Source: Podarcis filfolensis (Eukaryota). From it: a DNA stretch of 63,880 nt. The stretch lies in NCBI GenBank assembly GCA_964270895.1, contig OZ185439.1; one strand, written 5' to 3'. The notes under the pieces were generated by a model. The model worked only from the letters and a program-made list of their open reading frames with translations, did no database searches and was not told the origin of the DNA. Below are positions 1-12,640 of this stretch, piece after piece (the stretch's first letter is position 1; every line of letters starts with the position of its first letter). A program made the translations under genes and the position numbers.

Positions 1-891
1 GACGGGAGGGCTGAGCTGCTCCTTTAGGAGTCGTATATACATTAATCACTGAATCACCAAGCCATGCTTAATTGCAAGTTGTATATCACACAAATCCATG
101 GTAAGTAGAAGGAAACTCATTATTGCAGCTTCATAACTACTGGGTACTTCTCATTTTAACCTTCTCACACCTGGGACACACTGGTGTTTTACAATGGGAA
201 TGCAGAGATGGTATTAAGCTACTAATTATAGTGGCACGGGCTGTTTGCCTGCTGCTTGAACATTCTGCAAGATAAAGCAAGAAAATAAAAAACAGAAATA
301 AGGAATAGAATTGCATTTTCTTTAGTTCTGTTTATGCAAATTTTCAGGGACTTTCCCTCCCTCCCCATATCCTCTTCTGAGGACAGCACATTAAAATCGC
401 CTTGATAGTTTGCAGAAGAGTTTAAATGATAAAGGAAAAAACTGCAGTATATTTTGCTTTGACACAATTATTGATTTAAATCCCATACAATAGCACAATA
501 CTATTTAAAGGTCATCCAAAGAAAAATGAGTTTACATTTGAATGGAGAAAGCTTATCTGTCATGAAAGCATAATGATGTGTTTATACTCTCACATGTGTG
601 TGCATATCCTTCCAACCTCCTCCCTTCAAGAAGATGGAAGCCCAAATGCAGGTGTAATCTGTTTTTATGGAGAAATATTAAAGACATGCACAGATGAGAT
701 TGTGCCATTGGTCAATTCAGTGCTATCGTGCAAGAGAAGTTTGTCCTGGATTCTTGCAGACATTTGAACACTTAGAAGCACAATCTGGAGAAAGGCTCTC
801 CTACACAAGCTCAACTCAAATGAGTGGGGGCCACAGAAAAGCACTAACGAAATCCTCCGTGATTTGGCACTTATTTTTGAGGGGAAATTAT

Positions 892-915
892 TATATATAT
901 ATATATATATATATA
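892..915. repeat. (TA)n microsatellite
   Basis: Direct reading of the sequence. Confidence 0.95.
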
Positions 916-1700
916 AAGGTTTGTAACTGCTACATAAGAAAGTTCCAGATTTGGTGCCTAAAGTAATGCTATCTAGCCTCTGGTTGCTCTACGAAATTTT
1001 AATCAAGATTATGGTAGGAAACTGCCTACATTCTCACTCAGAAGGGAAATAAAATGGTTTTTCAAAAGATCTACCGGTAATATACGAACTTGCTTTGTTT
1101 GCAAGATTCTGCAAAGCCCAACTGCCTGTACAACACAACTCTGAAGCCCTACTGCTAGATAGTGACCCTGTATCACAGCTTTCAAAGTAGAGCAGTCTCA
1201 AGAACATAGAAAGTTGGCTGTCCACTGTACTGTGTAGAGCTCCACAGACTGAGATTCTGTGTGTTTGTTAAGGCATTTTGCATTCCCCATATAAGTTACT
1301 ATTGAGGGTTCAAGAATCCTCTGGAATTGCATCCAATTGGGGGTGAGGAGAGAAGCCAGGCACAACATCCCCCTGTGAGTACACAGAAATGCTTTCTGCC
1401 CATATATGAGTCGCAGCAACACTGTGCGTTCAGCATATCACAGCACACAAAGGAGAAAGATGGATCTGTTTCTTCTGTTTTGCTTCTGATCAGTTATCAA
1501 AGTTGACAATTATATAAAACTATTAAAATAAGTGGCATGATCCCACAGCTCACTGATTCAGTCTTTTGGCCCCTATTATGTAAGCTTCTCTTAAAAAAAC
1601 AAAAACAAAAAGACTTTGGGTGTCCAAAGCGGTAAGCCTTGATGTTGTCTATACTTGAAATTCATCAGCAGTTCTCTCCATAGTGAAAGAGCTAGAGGGA

Positions 1701-2580
1701 TGTCACTGAGCCAGATGGAAACAACTCTGACCAAGATCCTCACTCTGGCTAGGCACATAGCCAGGTAGCTTCATTGAGAAGGAATATCAGAAAATGGTCC
1801 TTTAGAAAGGTACAGGAAAGTGTTAGGGAGGTCCGGTCACCTTTTCTGGTGGGCAATGTTGCGGCCAGACATCGGGGCCCCTACAGTGATCTGGCAGGGG
1901 GTAGAGACTAAGGCCTCCATCGTTGCTATCCAGGCCACGTCACTGGTGCTGGGCTCGCCCAGGGGTGGCCCCGCTGTCCAATTAGTGCCGGCAGGAGGCT
2001 GGGCTGCAGAAAACTTAAACTGCAGCACAGCCGGGGAGCCCTCCTCTTGCACCCTTCACCGGATGACATGAACTTGCTATGGACACATTGGTCGCCATAT
2101 TGCTGGGGCTGGGTAGGAATTTTTTCCACTTGGCAAATTTGTACCAGCCATTTGGTTTTCACCTACCTTGTAACAATCGTTACAACTTTGTGAAGTCAGA
2201 CATTGGGTAAGCTTTGTTTGGATAGATGGGAGGTTGTAGCCTCTGCCTGCCCCTCCTCATTAAGGGTATCCTGTTAAAGGGATCCAGGGGTGTGGATTCT
2301 GTCTGATGCCCGGATGTGAGCTAGGGCCATGCCATGACCCCAACGGGGACCCCGTATGGTGCCCCTATTTGATGTAAGTCATGGGGCTCCCCCTATTGGT
2401 GGTTCACACTTAGATGGACTCCCTGCAGATGGATGTGAGTCGCAATATAGCCTGGCTTCACCCAATGACTAATCCAAACTGCTCACATCTGTAACCAATA
2501 AAGTTGTGGCCTATTTGAACCCATAAACCTAAATACTCATGTCCGTGTGTTTATTATGCACCAGGGAACTGCAGGTCACA
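1701..2580 (+). mobile_element. Probable solo LTR (Gypsy/ERV-like)
   Basis: GC-richer block starting TGTCAC (1701) and ending GTCACA (2580). AATAAA at 2497-2502 lies about 80 bp before the end. Flanks GGGA/GGGC are a 3-of-4 TSD match. No coding remnant is adjacent. The 5' boundary is uncertain (alternative TGT starts at 1821 and 2169). Confidence 0.5.
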
Positions 2581-2657
2581 GGGCCTTGGCATGCAAGTGC
2601 TCCATTTGGCTTCCTGGCATAATCAACCAGTTTTACACAACTGGAGGAGCAAACAGA

Positions 2658-2757
2658 ATGAGTGAGTAGACTAAAGTCACCTGGTGAGTTCATGGGAGAA
2701 GCAAAATTTTACCCAGAGACTTCCTGATTTGTAGCTTAACCTCTTAGCCTCTCCACC
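2658..2757 (-). mobile_element. Degenerate MIR/Squam3-like CORE-SINE fragment
   Basis: 'aaagtcacctggtgagttcatgggaga...' resembles the reverse-strand CORE region seen in the better-preserved copy at 31181-31370. Confidence 0.5.
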
Positions 2758-3009
2758 AGAGAAGCTCTCTCTATTGTGTTTAGCTTTGCCATTTTAAAAC
2801 AAGTTAAGAGAGTCTTAAATCTGCACTGATAGCGCAGCAATGGAAATTAAGTGCCAGACAAAAGATACTCATCCACTTTTTCATGGTTTACTAGGGCATC
2901 TAAGCAAAGATATCTGGTGGGAAAACAGCCATTGTTTTCCACCTTGATTTTCTGAGTGGGGTGGAGGGATTAAATGGAGTCAGATGTATCTATGTTGATG
3001 TGTTTCCAC

Positions 3010-3135
3010 CAGTACTTTTTTCAGCGGGAACTCACCGGAACTCAGTTCCAGCACCTCTCAGGTGGGCACCATTGCCATTCTAAGAGAACAAGGGAGGTGT
3101 TCCTGGCACCTCTTTTTTATCGAAAAATTGCACTG
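3010..3135 (+). mobile_element. Non-autonomous hAT element (MITE), CAGTGCTTTTTT-type TIR
   Basis: Imperfect TIRs cagtactttttt / aaaattgcactg. 8-bp TSD gtttccac (3002-3009) / gttcccac (3136-3143). Same internal sequence as the copies at ~7805 and ~62980. Confidence 0.85.
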
Positions 3136-3624
3136 GTTCCCACATAAGCACTCCTCTTGATTGAATAATTTATTCTGGGAACCTGCCACATTATGTACAC
3201 CTTCTCCTGTCTGAAGTTAAACTATTGTAATTTTACTATCTCCTCAAAGTAAGTTTCTCTGAAGTTGGCTCTAAAGTTTTGCTACCTGTGAATTGACTTC
3301 CAGGTACCAATGAAACACCACTAGGCTCTAAATTAACTGAGAGACAGCAGTGCCATCACCTCATGAGGCCCTGAAATTATTCATCAGCAGCCTAAAGCAC
3401 ATTAAAAGTTTAAATTTTACATCTATTGTAATTATAACACTGACCTATCTTATATAAACTATGCTACTCTTTGCAGCAAATACTAATTTGACAATCTTAA
3501 AACACATAACATTTTACCTTACAGATCAACAATATTATATTTCCTTCCAAATTCTCCTCCTCTTCAACAAGCAGTCCTCCTCAGACTTGAAACTATAATA
3601 GTAACACTTATTTATAAAAGAACT

Positions 3625-3795
3625 TGAGAGAGTGCTCAAAACAGTTCATACACATTATTTTGATGTAATCTGGGAAATGGTCCTGTAAGATAGCATCCTA
3701 TTATTGGAAAGGAGGCTAAGGTTGAAAGAGTATGTGATTGGCCTGCCTAAGGTCACCAGGTGAATTTATGGCAGAGGAAAGGTTGGAATCAGTGA
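3625..3795 (-). mobile_element. Degenerate MIR-like CORE-SINE
   Basis: Motifs 'catacacattattt...cctgtaagatag...aaggtcaccaggtgaatttatggcagag' follow the MIR/Squam3 reverse-strand layout. Confidence 0.5.
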
Positions 3796-6448
3796 TGTCT
3801 TGCCCATTATGAGCCATAAGAGGAAGCACTGCCCTCAACAACATAAGCTGTGACACTTTACTGGATTGCATTGTGATGTTATCATACTAAGTATATGACT
3901 CCTGATTGGCTGCAAACACTCAATGAATAATTAAATAAAAATGGCCAGTGAAGCCACGGAGAAAACAGTGAGAAAGCAGTTGCTGCGAACAACTGAAAGC
4001 AGTCATGATAAAGGAAAAATGCCATGGATTTCTCATAGACTAAGAATACTGCCTTTCCACTAAACAGTTACAGTCGTCTTCAGTTGTTACAACTCCCATG
4101 TTGCTCTGTATAGGAGTGGGGTTGTGCCAGCTAGCCCTGACCACTGGCATCCATGGGCACAGTCCAAATGCCTGCAGAGACAGAGAATTCGTGAATACAG
4201 TTTACATATACAAAGACTTCCACATAACCTAGAACTCTGCACAACTGGGGTTCCAGGTCACATCGGCTTGGGCTTCTTGGTCATCCCTGCTCCTATGTAC
4301 AATAGCATGGGAACTATAACAACTGAAGAGGGCAAACTTATATATGCAACAATGCCTGCCAATCATAGACTGGATATAGACTGCATCTGAGAAATCATAA
4401 AATTACGGTTTAAAATGACAATAGCTGAACGTCAATCTGTCATATGGATAGTGATGATGGGCAGCAAGGAAGAGAGGTGATGATTTCTTATTGCACTGTG
4501 TGCTTGCTCCATTTCACTGCCCAGACAGTGCAATACACCAAAATGTTTAGGATGTCTCAATATGCATTATATATAATTATGCTTCAGAAAAAAGCTTCAT
4601 TGGCTTAACTTTAGAAATGAGGGGGCCAGGGCATTTGAAGAAAGAAGTGTTATCACATAATGTGGGGTATCCATACATGTGTTTAAAAGCATCTAATTTC
4701 ATACAGAAGATAATTGTTTAAGATCCTGACATCTGTGAGAGGGTCATCACCACAGAATTGTTCATATCAATCATTTTGAGAATATGAAGGGCTAAAGGGA
4801 TTGCCACAAAGCCAATTATCTTCCTTGGGGATTAAAAATTAAGAGCTGAGAAAGATTCTATGTAGTAATTTTTCTCCAAATTGGGGGACAGAGAGAGGAT
4901 AAATATTATTGCCCTTTCTCTTAAAACCTTTGGGTTGAGGGGGCTTAACTAGAAATAAGCAAGGGTTGTAGCTGCGGGAATTTTTCTTCATCTTCATTGC
5001 TACTGCTGCTGTTATCAGCTCTATGGACTTCCCACACACTGACCATTTGAATAACACAATATTACATACAATGCACCATTGTTCTAGAGCCATTATGGGG
5101 GCGGGGAGATGATAGTCCCTGCCAAAAGTGGTGACAGAACAACCATGTTTAAGAAAAAAGAAGCAGGGGAACTGACATAAATGCCATTTGTCTTCTGGTT
5201 ATTCCCTCTTTTAATCATGTAGATATGTCTGTCTGTCCTCGAGCCCTTGTCTTTTGCAGTTTGCAAAGGGGATCACAAGAGTGGGAGACAACTTCCTCCG
5301 CAGCATTACAAAAATGTTTTTAAAAATAATAAACTAGAACTAGCTGTCTCTGTTGTACAACTTCCTTGTATATGCTCCAAAATAACATGGTCAGATTCTT
5401 ACAATTGCAAATTATTCCTGCCAGCAAACAACCTCTCACATTGCTTTGGGGACAGCAGGCTTCAGCTGGAGAAGGAAAGAAACACTTCTTTTCATAGTGA
5501 GCTTGGCTTATCCCTCACAATAACAGCAGCACTGGAGTTAAAGAGGAGTCAATACAGGAAGTTGCAGTGTGTTGTCATCCTCTTGCCTCCTATGTTTCCA
5601 GCAAGTGGGTGTGGGGAGTCTTCCCATTCCAGTTTGCTCAGCTACTTGAAAAAGTTCTTCAGCTACAGTACAAGTGACACTGAGCCAGAGGCTATTATCA
5701 GAGGAGGTTTTAGGGTAGTGCAACGAGCGCACTGGGTGCCAAGCTGCAGAGCGTACCACAACCATGCTGTAGAATGAAGAATGAGAGGCAGGGTGCCGCT
5801 GAAATTTGAGAGTCCCAGGTCTGCCACTGCTATTATCACTGGAAAAGAGCAGAGGGAGGTGTTTCCTGTGTTTGCCCTACAGTGTGAGCGTCCCCCTTCC
5901 TACTGGGCAACAAGAGAACACCCTGGTAGTAGCACAGTATGAGCAAGAGGCACAAGCCAGGGAAATGTTGCACATATATAAACATCACATCTAAAAACTA
6001 CTTTCTCACTTACTTCCAGAACAATTAAACGCCATGCATTGTGCAGTGGATTGTTGCAACTGTCTGTTACCCAAGTCTCTGTGTTGTGTATATTTGAAGT
6101 GTGTGTATGTGGAGGGGGGTTGTTTTGTGATTCATTTGCCGTTAAGCTGTACCTTATAGCAGCCTTCCCTGTACATGCCCACAGGCTGCTGCTTTCACTG
6201 CTGAGCATCATTGCTGGTATGACAAAAGCTGCCAATCAGTGGTGATGGATGGTTATATGAATCACCCTCAATAGAGCAGAATCTTGACAGATGCCGCAAT
6301 TCATGTCTATCACCCCTTGGAGATGCCATGGCTAAGCAGAAGGTTGAATATCATCAGCATACACAGCTCCCCAATGCCACTTGACAAACTGCTTTTGAAA
6401 CTGGGGTATCTTCAAATGTGGTTTGTGATCTGGCATAAGGGCAGAGGA

Positions 6449-6508
6449 GAAGAAGAAGAAGAAGAAGAAGAAGAAGAAGAAGAAGAAGAAGAAGAAGAAG
6501 AAGAAGAA
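6449..6508. repeat. (GAA)20 perfect purine microsatellite
   Basis: Direct reading. It explains the poly-E and poly-S ORFs in the track. Confidence 0.95.
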
Positions 6509-6924
6509 AGTTTCACTGCAAGCCTTTTAGATTGCCGATAGTAGCTCTTGGGGTCCAAAGTCCAGGTAGTTGTTCTTAAAAGCCTAGCATACTGATATCG
6601 ATATGGGTACAAATCCTGGTAATAAAAATAAATAGAGGGAGTAACAGTCAATATTTCCGATGCTACTGAGAGGCAGACAATGCAACATGATGGTTATGAA
6701 AGCAAAGGACAGCAGTTTCTCTTTTACTTTGTCTGCCTAGGATTTTTGCTATGGCTTTTTAAAAGTTCTTAACTATAATGTAATCCGATTGCTACTGAAT
6801 GAACACCATAACCTCACCATCCCATCTCATGCCAAACCATCCAAAGTATCCCAAACTATCAAAAGTATCAAGAGCAAGAAATGACACTGAATTCCACCCC
6901 CCCCCCACCAGCGTAAGAAAAGAG

Positions 6925-7135
6925 AACGCAAGCATCTATTTGGTCCAGCATCCTGTTTCCAAGAGTGGCCTGTCAAATGCCTCAGAAATATTAACGTCGG
7001 GGCACAAAGGCAATAGCCCTACCTACTTGTTTGTCCCCTGTATCAGGTGCTCAGAGTTATACTGCTGAGCTTGGAGTTTCAGCTTAGCTACCATGGCTAA
7101 TAGCTACTGATAGACGTATTCTCTATAGCCCTATG
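6925..7135 (-). mobile_element. CR1 LINE 3' end remnant
   Basis: 'gtccagcatcctgtttcc...gtggcc...atggctaatagctactgatagac' matches the squamate CR1 3'UTR read on the minus strand. Confidence 0.65.
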
Positions 7136-7802
7136 CAGGCTATTCACCTGCGTCATTAAACTACATGATGGGAGAATGGGGATGGAGAGGCTAGGTCTTC
7201 CCTATTCATTCCATGATTGGAGGCAAACATTTGTGGTGGAGGGCCTGATCTACTTGTGTATGTTCCCCTTGTGATTTAGAGTCCTGGAAGATCTCTACTT
7301 CAGAAGTGAGCCCTTCAGTTCAGGGCTGGTGGTACAAAAGTAACACAGTTGACTTTTCCCTTATTGTGCGAAGGACTGGAATGCATGAATAAGGCTGAAC
7401 CCTGAAAGGTTTGAAAGCTAGTTAATATAATCAGACATATGCTATATATCCTATATCTCACATGATCTATAAGGTCAACATGGCTAATCGAATACTTTGA
7501 TCCAAACAGTATTGCCAGTCCAAGCCTAGCACCACATAACACAGAACTGGTATTTATTTGCTGTTTTCAGACGGAAAGGAATAACAATAATGTGCTAAAT
7601 ATTTCGGCCCTATGGCAGTTTTACATCATTGATGGAAAGATGTGAAACTGAATTAGCCACAAGACAACGTCTGTCACCAATAATAATTTATTATTATGTC
7701 AGGGAATCTATATGCTAATCAATACATTACCTGAAATAAATTTCTCTGTTCAACCAAAACCCAATTCACTGATATCATTACAAACTATAGATACGGTTAC
7801 AA

Positions 7803-7913
7803 ACTGCTTTTTTTTAGCTGGAACACGCCAGAGCTCAGTTCCAGCACCTCTCAGGTGGGTGGCCACTGCCATTATAAGAGAACAAGGGAGGTGTTTTCTA
7901 GAAAAGTAGCACT
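7803..7913 (+). mobile_element. hAT MITE, same family as 3010-3135, internally deleted
   Basis: Shares 'ctcagttccagcacctctcaggtggg...gccatt.taagagaacaagggaggtgtt' with the 3010 copy and ends aaaagtagcact. Confidence 0.8.
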
Positions 7914-8760
7914 TGTTACGATAAAAGCACAGTACTTCTGCATACCCCTTTCTCTTAATCTGGATTGTCCTTGGGCTGTATAACAATCTAGACGGTGATA
8001 TTGGTAAAATGAGAATCCAGCCACCTCCCAAGAGAAGTCCTTATGTTATTATTATTTTTAAATGAGAGTTTTCCCATGCTCATATGAGATTCCTATGGGC
8101 AAAAGCCAGGCTTGTTACATGCTTCTCATAACCTGATTTATGCACCAATTTATTTTATACATTAGGTGCACTGTATGCAGTCTGACTGATGCATAAAAAT
8201 TTCATGCAAAAAGAAAAGGGATATTCTCACAAAGAACAGCCTTTCGGTTATCATTATCTCTTCTTGTGGTTAGCATCCTGTAGTTGGCAGGACAAATGAT
8301 TCTATATACTTGAACATATTTTCAACCCCCTCTGGTCCAAAATGTTTGTGCAGTTTTCTTTTTCACTTTCTGCAACCTATGAATAGCAGAACAGCTTTAT
8401 CATTAGAGTGAGCAGGCTATAATTTAGATAAACCCTTTGAACTTCCAACACCCTTCCCTGGCCCCAGACATCACATACAGACATCCTTTGCGCATCTCAG
8501 GTGCCAAACAAATGCAAAAACAAACAATCCAAAAAGTACATTTATTTTACTAAATTATATTCTTACCAATATACTTGCTGCATTATTAATAATGAATTCA
8601 AAGTGCTATTTCTCCCCTAGTTTTTATTTAGTAAAGAAGAGCAAGAAAAGCATCTTTCCATATTTCCTTTTATTAGAAGTCTTCTTTCATCCAAGAAATA
8701 TGAGACCTGAAATAAATTGTACCATCCTGCTTTTTTAAAAAAATTCAAATCCTTTCCAGT

Positions 8761-8932
8761 NNNNNNNNNNNNNNNNNNNNNNNNNNNNNNNNNNNNNNNN
8801 NNNNNNNNNNNNNNNNNNNNNNNNNNNNNNNNNNNNNNNNNNNNNNNNNNNNNNNNNNNNNNNNNNNNNNNNNNNNNNNNNNNNNNNNNNNNNNNNNNNN
8901 NNNNNNNNNNNNNNNNNNNNNNNNNNNNNNNN
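8761..8932. other. N-run (172 bp)
   Basis: Direct reading. Confidence 1.
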
Positions 8933-10665
8933 CCTATATAAAACAAGGCAAGGGCATCATACGACTCCATCGATCAAACCTTGTCGTAGATAGATTGCCT
9001 ATTACACAAATAGAACCAGCAGACTCAGTTCTGTAGTTTTTATGCTCTTCAATTAAAGGATAACAGGGTACTTTCCCATAAATCTGCTAATTGCAGCTGA
9101 ATTAATTTAACAAATTTCACCAAGCACAGGGGAAAAGTGATTGGATAAGCTAATGTATACGAGCACAGGTTGTCACAAAGTGAGTTCCATTGCAGTTTTG
9201 TTTTTTTGCTATACCTTGACTGGGCAAGATGTCACAAACATTTAGCTCTGTTGTGGTTCTTTGGCAACAGACAGCTGACAACCATAACACTACACAAATA
9301 GGAGATAGTTTATTTGCTGTAACTCTACTTCCTCTGCCCATGAGAGAGAAAAAGCATGAAATAACTCATTCTTTGCATCTAAATTAATGATTCCCACCAA
9401 TCAGGCTGTTTTTCCTAAGTAGCTATACCAGCAAAAGCACTAGATCACACAAGGGGTTCCCACACAAGCAATCTGAAAACCATGCCAACAGTATGCAAAA
9501 ACAGAAAGCCAGACCACAGCATTTCTGCTTTGAGAAACAGCAGAAAAGGCACTTACACAAGACTTTGTGGACATAATTCTAGATATACCAGTAAAGGAGT
9601 GTTGGAATATTTTCAAAACAACTATACAGCTTTTCCAGTTTATAAAAAGCAAATGAAGTGATTTTGCAATTGACCCCTACAACCACACTCTAACAACAGC
9701 TTATTGTTGGGAAACATGTATTTCTATGTATTTCTTGGCACTTCCATGTTGATTTGCAAGGAGGACATAAGTTTAGTTTAATAATAAAAAACCCTAAACA
9801 AATGCTTTGATAAAACCTTAATTCCAGTGTATGGCCACTGTTACTGATTAAATTTTAGATATCTTATGAATGTCTACTTGTAAATAAGGATGCTTGAGGA
9901 ATTTGCTATTTGCAAATTCCAGTGCAAATTTATCCCTGGATAAATGTGCAGACTGGAATGTAGTTATCCTTTACATTTTACACTTATATCAATTTTGCAA
10001 GAAAATTATTGGCTCAAACAATTCATCAAAGTGATATATTTCGGCTCAACAAAAATATATCTGCCCCTGCAATTATTTATGATAAAATACCAAAAAATAC
10101 ATCAGAATAAAAATGAAATCAAATTAGAAATGTGTTGGTTTGTAGTCTGTGATGAAACCACTGTTTCTTGGTTTGGATCCAACTGGAAACAATTGTTTAA
10201 CAGACTATGGAAGGCAACAGTTCTGTCATATAAGCAAACAAAGGAAGAGCTGAATGAGGATGTATGCAAGAGCACACACTCGTTTTGGGTCTTATATACC
10301 AGTACTGTTATGTGTGTACTCTGAACTGGCCCTAACTCTCAAGCATTTGGTTTAAGATCGAACAGGGTTCATATATCAAAGGAGGTTGATTAGAGCCCCC
10401 TGTGTCCCTCACAGAACCATGAAGAAATCCGGCCAATTTCAAGTGTTGAGATGGGTAGTTTGGTTATTATAAAAGGCATAAGCTTGTCCTCTGTGATTTA
10501 GCTGATAAAGGAAATAAATGCCAGTGATATGTATGCAGATGGTTTTGACAACCTGCTTCAAGGCGGTTCAGTTCAGATATTTGCATGCAGTACCACACAG
10601 AGCATAGTTGTCAGTGCTGAAATGCAATGGGGCAAGCCTATAAACTGGTTTTGGCTTCATAAGGG

Positions 10666-11176
10666 CAGGGGTGGCTAACCTGTGGCCCTCCAGATGTTAT
10701 TGAACTACAACTCCCATCAGCCCCAGCTGGTATGGCCAATTGTCAGGAATAATGGAGGACGCAGGTGGCGCTGTGGGATGTGGGTGGCGCTGTGGGTTAA
10801 ACCTCAGAGACTAGGGCTTGCCGATCAGAAGGTTGGTGGTTTGAATCCCCGCGACGGGGTGAGCTCCCGTTGCTCGGTCCCAGCTCTTGCCCACCTAGCA
10901 GTTTGAAAGCACAAAGTGCAAGTAGATAAATAGGTACCACTCCAGCGGGAAGGTAAACGGCATTTCCATGTGCTGCTCTGGTTCGCCAGAAGCAGCTTAG
11001 TCATGCTAGCCACATGACCTGGAAGCTGTACGTCGGCTTCCTCTGCCAGTAAAGCGAGATGAGCACCACAATCCCAGAGTCGTCCGTGACTGGACCTAAT
11101 GGTCAGGGGTCCCTTTACCTTTTTATGGAGGATATAGTCCAGCAACATCTCAATGGCCAGATGTTTCCCATTCCTG
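10666..11176 (+). mobile_element. Palindromic hAT/Charlie-type MITE interrupted by a Sauria SINE
   Basis: The left half 'caggggtggctaacc...gaactacaactcccatc...' (10666-10756) and right half '...atagtccagcaacatct...ttcccattcctg' (11125-11176) together give one copy of the family at 12171-12308. Confidence 0.8.
10757..11124 (+). mobile_element. Sauria SINE, full length, lacertid type
   Basis: tRNA-like head with A box TGGCGCTGTGG and B box GGTTTGAATCC. Diagnostic body 'gtgcaagtagataaataggtacc...gtcatgctagccacatgacc' and tail 'ggtcaggggtccctttacctttt'. TSD atggag(ga) at 10752 and 11125. Confidence 0.97.
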
Positions 11177-12170
11177 CCTTATAATATAGCTTAAACATGG
11201 GCCTGCTTCTGCTTTATTTTGTTTGGTCTAAGGGTTATCCACATGCTATGCAGGCAAGCACACATTTTCTAAATATGCTATTTACCAGTTAATTTGAATG
11301 TATTTGCAGGAGATATTCATCAAGCAGGGAAGCAGTTAACCCCCCTCCCTGATTATTTTTCCTTGAAAGTGGGGTTTTGCTAGTCTTCTGGCACAGCAGG
11401 GGTTGGGGAAGAAAGTAAAACAAACATGCAGGTATGCACTGCATGGAAGAATTGACAGAGAGAGAAATGTTTTATCAATGCCTCCCACCAAATGACCTAC
11501 AAATACCCTCCCTCACTTTAGCATGATGAGAACCATGTGCTTCCCTTGTGAGGCCTACTCTCAACCTTAGTGGCATACACAGAAAGACCTTGATGAACAC
11601 TAGGAACTAGCTGCTTCAATTCTGTTATTGTTGTTCATGCAGTTCAGGTGAATTTACATGACCAGATATGGCATTCCCACCTTCTGCAACCACAGCATAA
11701 TTATTTCCCTCTCACCTCATAGTGACCATCCACGTGTTTCTTCTTTAAAGAACTTGTGCTCACCATCAGTCAGTCACCCAAACTGAAACTGTTGAACCAT
11801 TTGCAACACTAGGATACTCCTGCATCTACAATATATTTTTGAGGTATCTATCCCACCTCCTTCTGACCTTTTTATCCTCCAGTAAGGCAGAGCAATAATT
11901 TGCTTGCTTCTCAGTCCGCAGCAGGGTGTGTCATAGTCAATGAGGGAAAGGTTGACCACAAAGGGAGGGAGGCATAAAGACAGCAGAATCGGGATACTTC
12001 ATTCTGCTATCTCCAAGGTCACTAGAAAAAGAAAGCAGTAATTCATAAACAACAGAAGCCCTGTATACACCACTCATAAAGATGGCAGCACCCCTCTAGG
12101 TGCAGAAATGCATATTGGATTTGAGTGCTGTATATCTTTGAATTTTCTAGACTATATGAATGCTCTAGAT

Positions 12171-12308
12171 CAGCGGTTCTCGGCCTGTGGGTCCCCAGAT
12201 GTTGTTGGACTACAACTTCCATCATCCCTGAGCTCTGGCCTTGCTAGCTAGGGGTGATGGGAGTTGTAGTTCAACAACATATGGGGACCCACAGGTTGAG
12301 AAAGGCTG
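12171..12308. mobile_element. Complete 138-bp palindromic hAT/Charlie-type MITE
   Basis: TIR cagcggttctc / gagaaaggctg with long internal arms (gttggactacaacttccatc / gatgggagttgtagttcaac). 8-bp TSD ctctagat (12163-12170) / ctctagac (12309-12316), the NTCTAGAN-type site of Charlie elements. Confidence 0.93.
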
Positions 12309-12433
12309 CTCTAGACTATGTTACATTTGGGAAAAAAACACTTAAAAGTGTTTAATTCATTTGTTCTTTGCTCTCCTGATTTCCCATTTCTTTCTCATTT
12401 TTAAAATGAAAAAAAAAAGGTACTTGGAGAAAA

Positions 12434-12435
<2 letters not shown>

Positions 12436-12466
<31 letters not shown>
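12436..12466. repeat. (TG)n microsatellite
   Basis: Direct reading. Confidence 0.95.
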
Positions 12467-12469
<3 letters not shown>

Positions 12470-12477
12470 AATGAGGC

Positions 12478-12640
12478 TTGAACCTGGCTCTGTAGCAATG
12501 GTGTCACATGTTCTTGACCAGAAGCTCCCATCAGCAATCTGAGTGCATTACAATAATCTAGCCTTGAGGTTACCAATGCATGGATTGCAGTGGTCAGGCT
12601 ATACTTGTCCAGGAACAGCCATAGCTAGTGAACCAGATGA
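12478..12640 (-). mobile_element. Old L2 LINE ORF2 remnant
   Basis: Minus-strand translation VTSRLDYCNAL...LLMGASGQEHVTPLLQ matches the L2-clade post-RT motif. Confidence 0.75.

Noticed and set aside
5247-5777. 176-aa ORF as a host gene
   Set aside because: Non-ATG start, no recognisable domain and composition typical of random AT-rich DNA.
6284-6651. Poly-E and poly-S proteins
   Set aside because: Translation artefacts of the (GAA)20 microsatellite.
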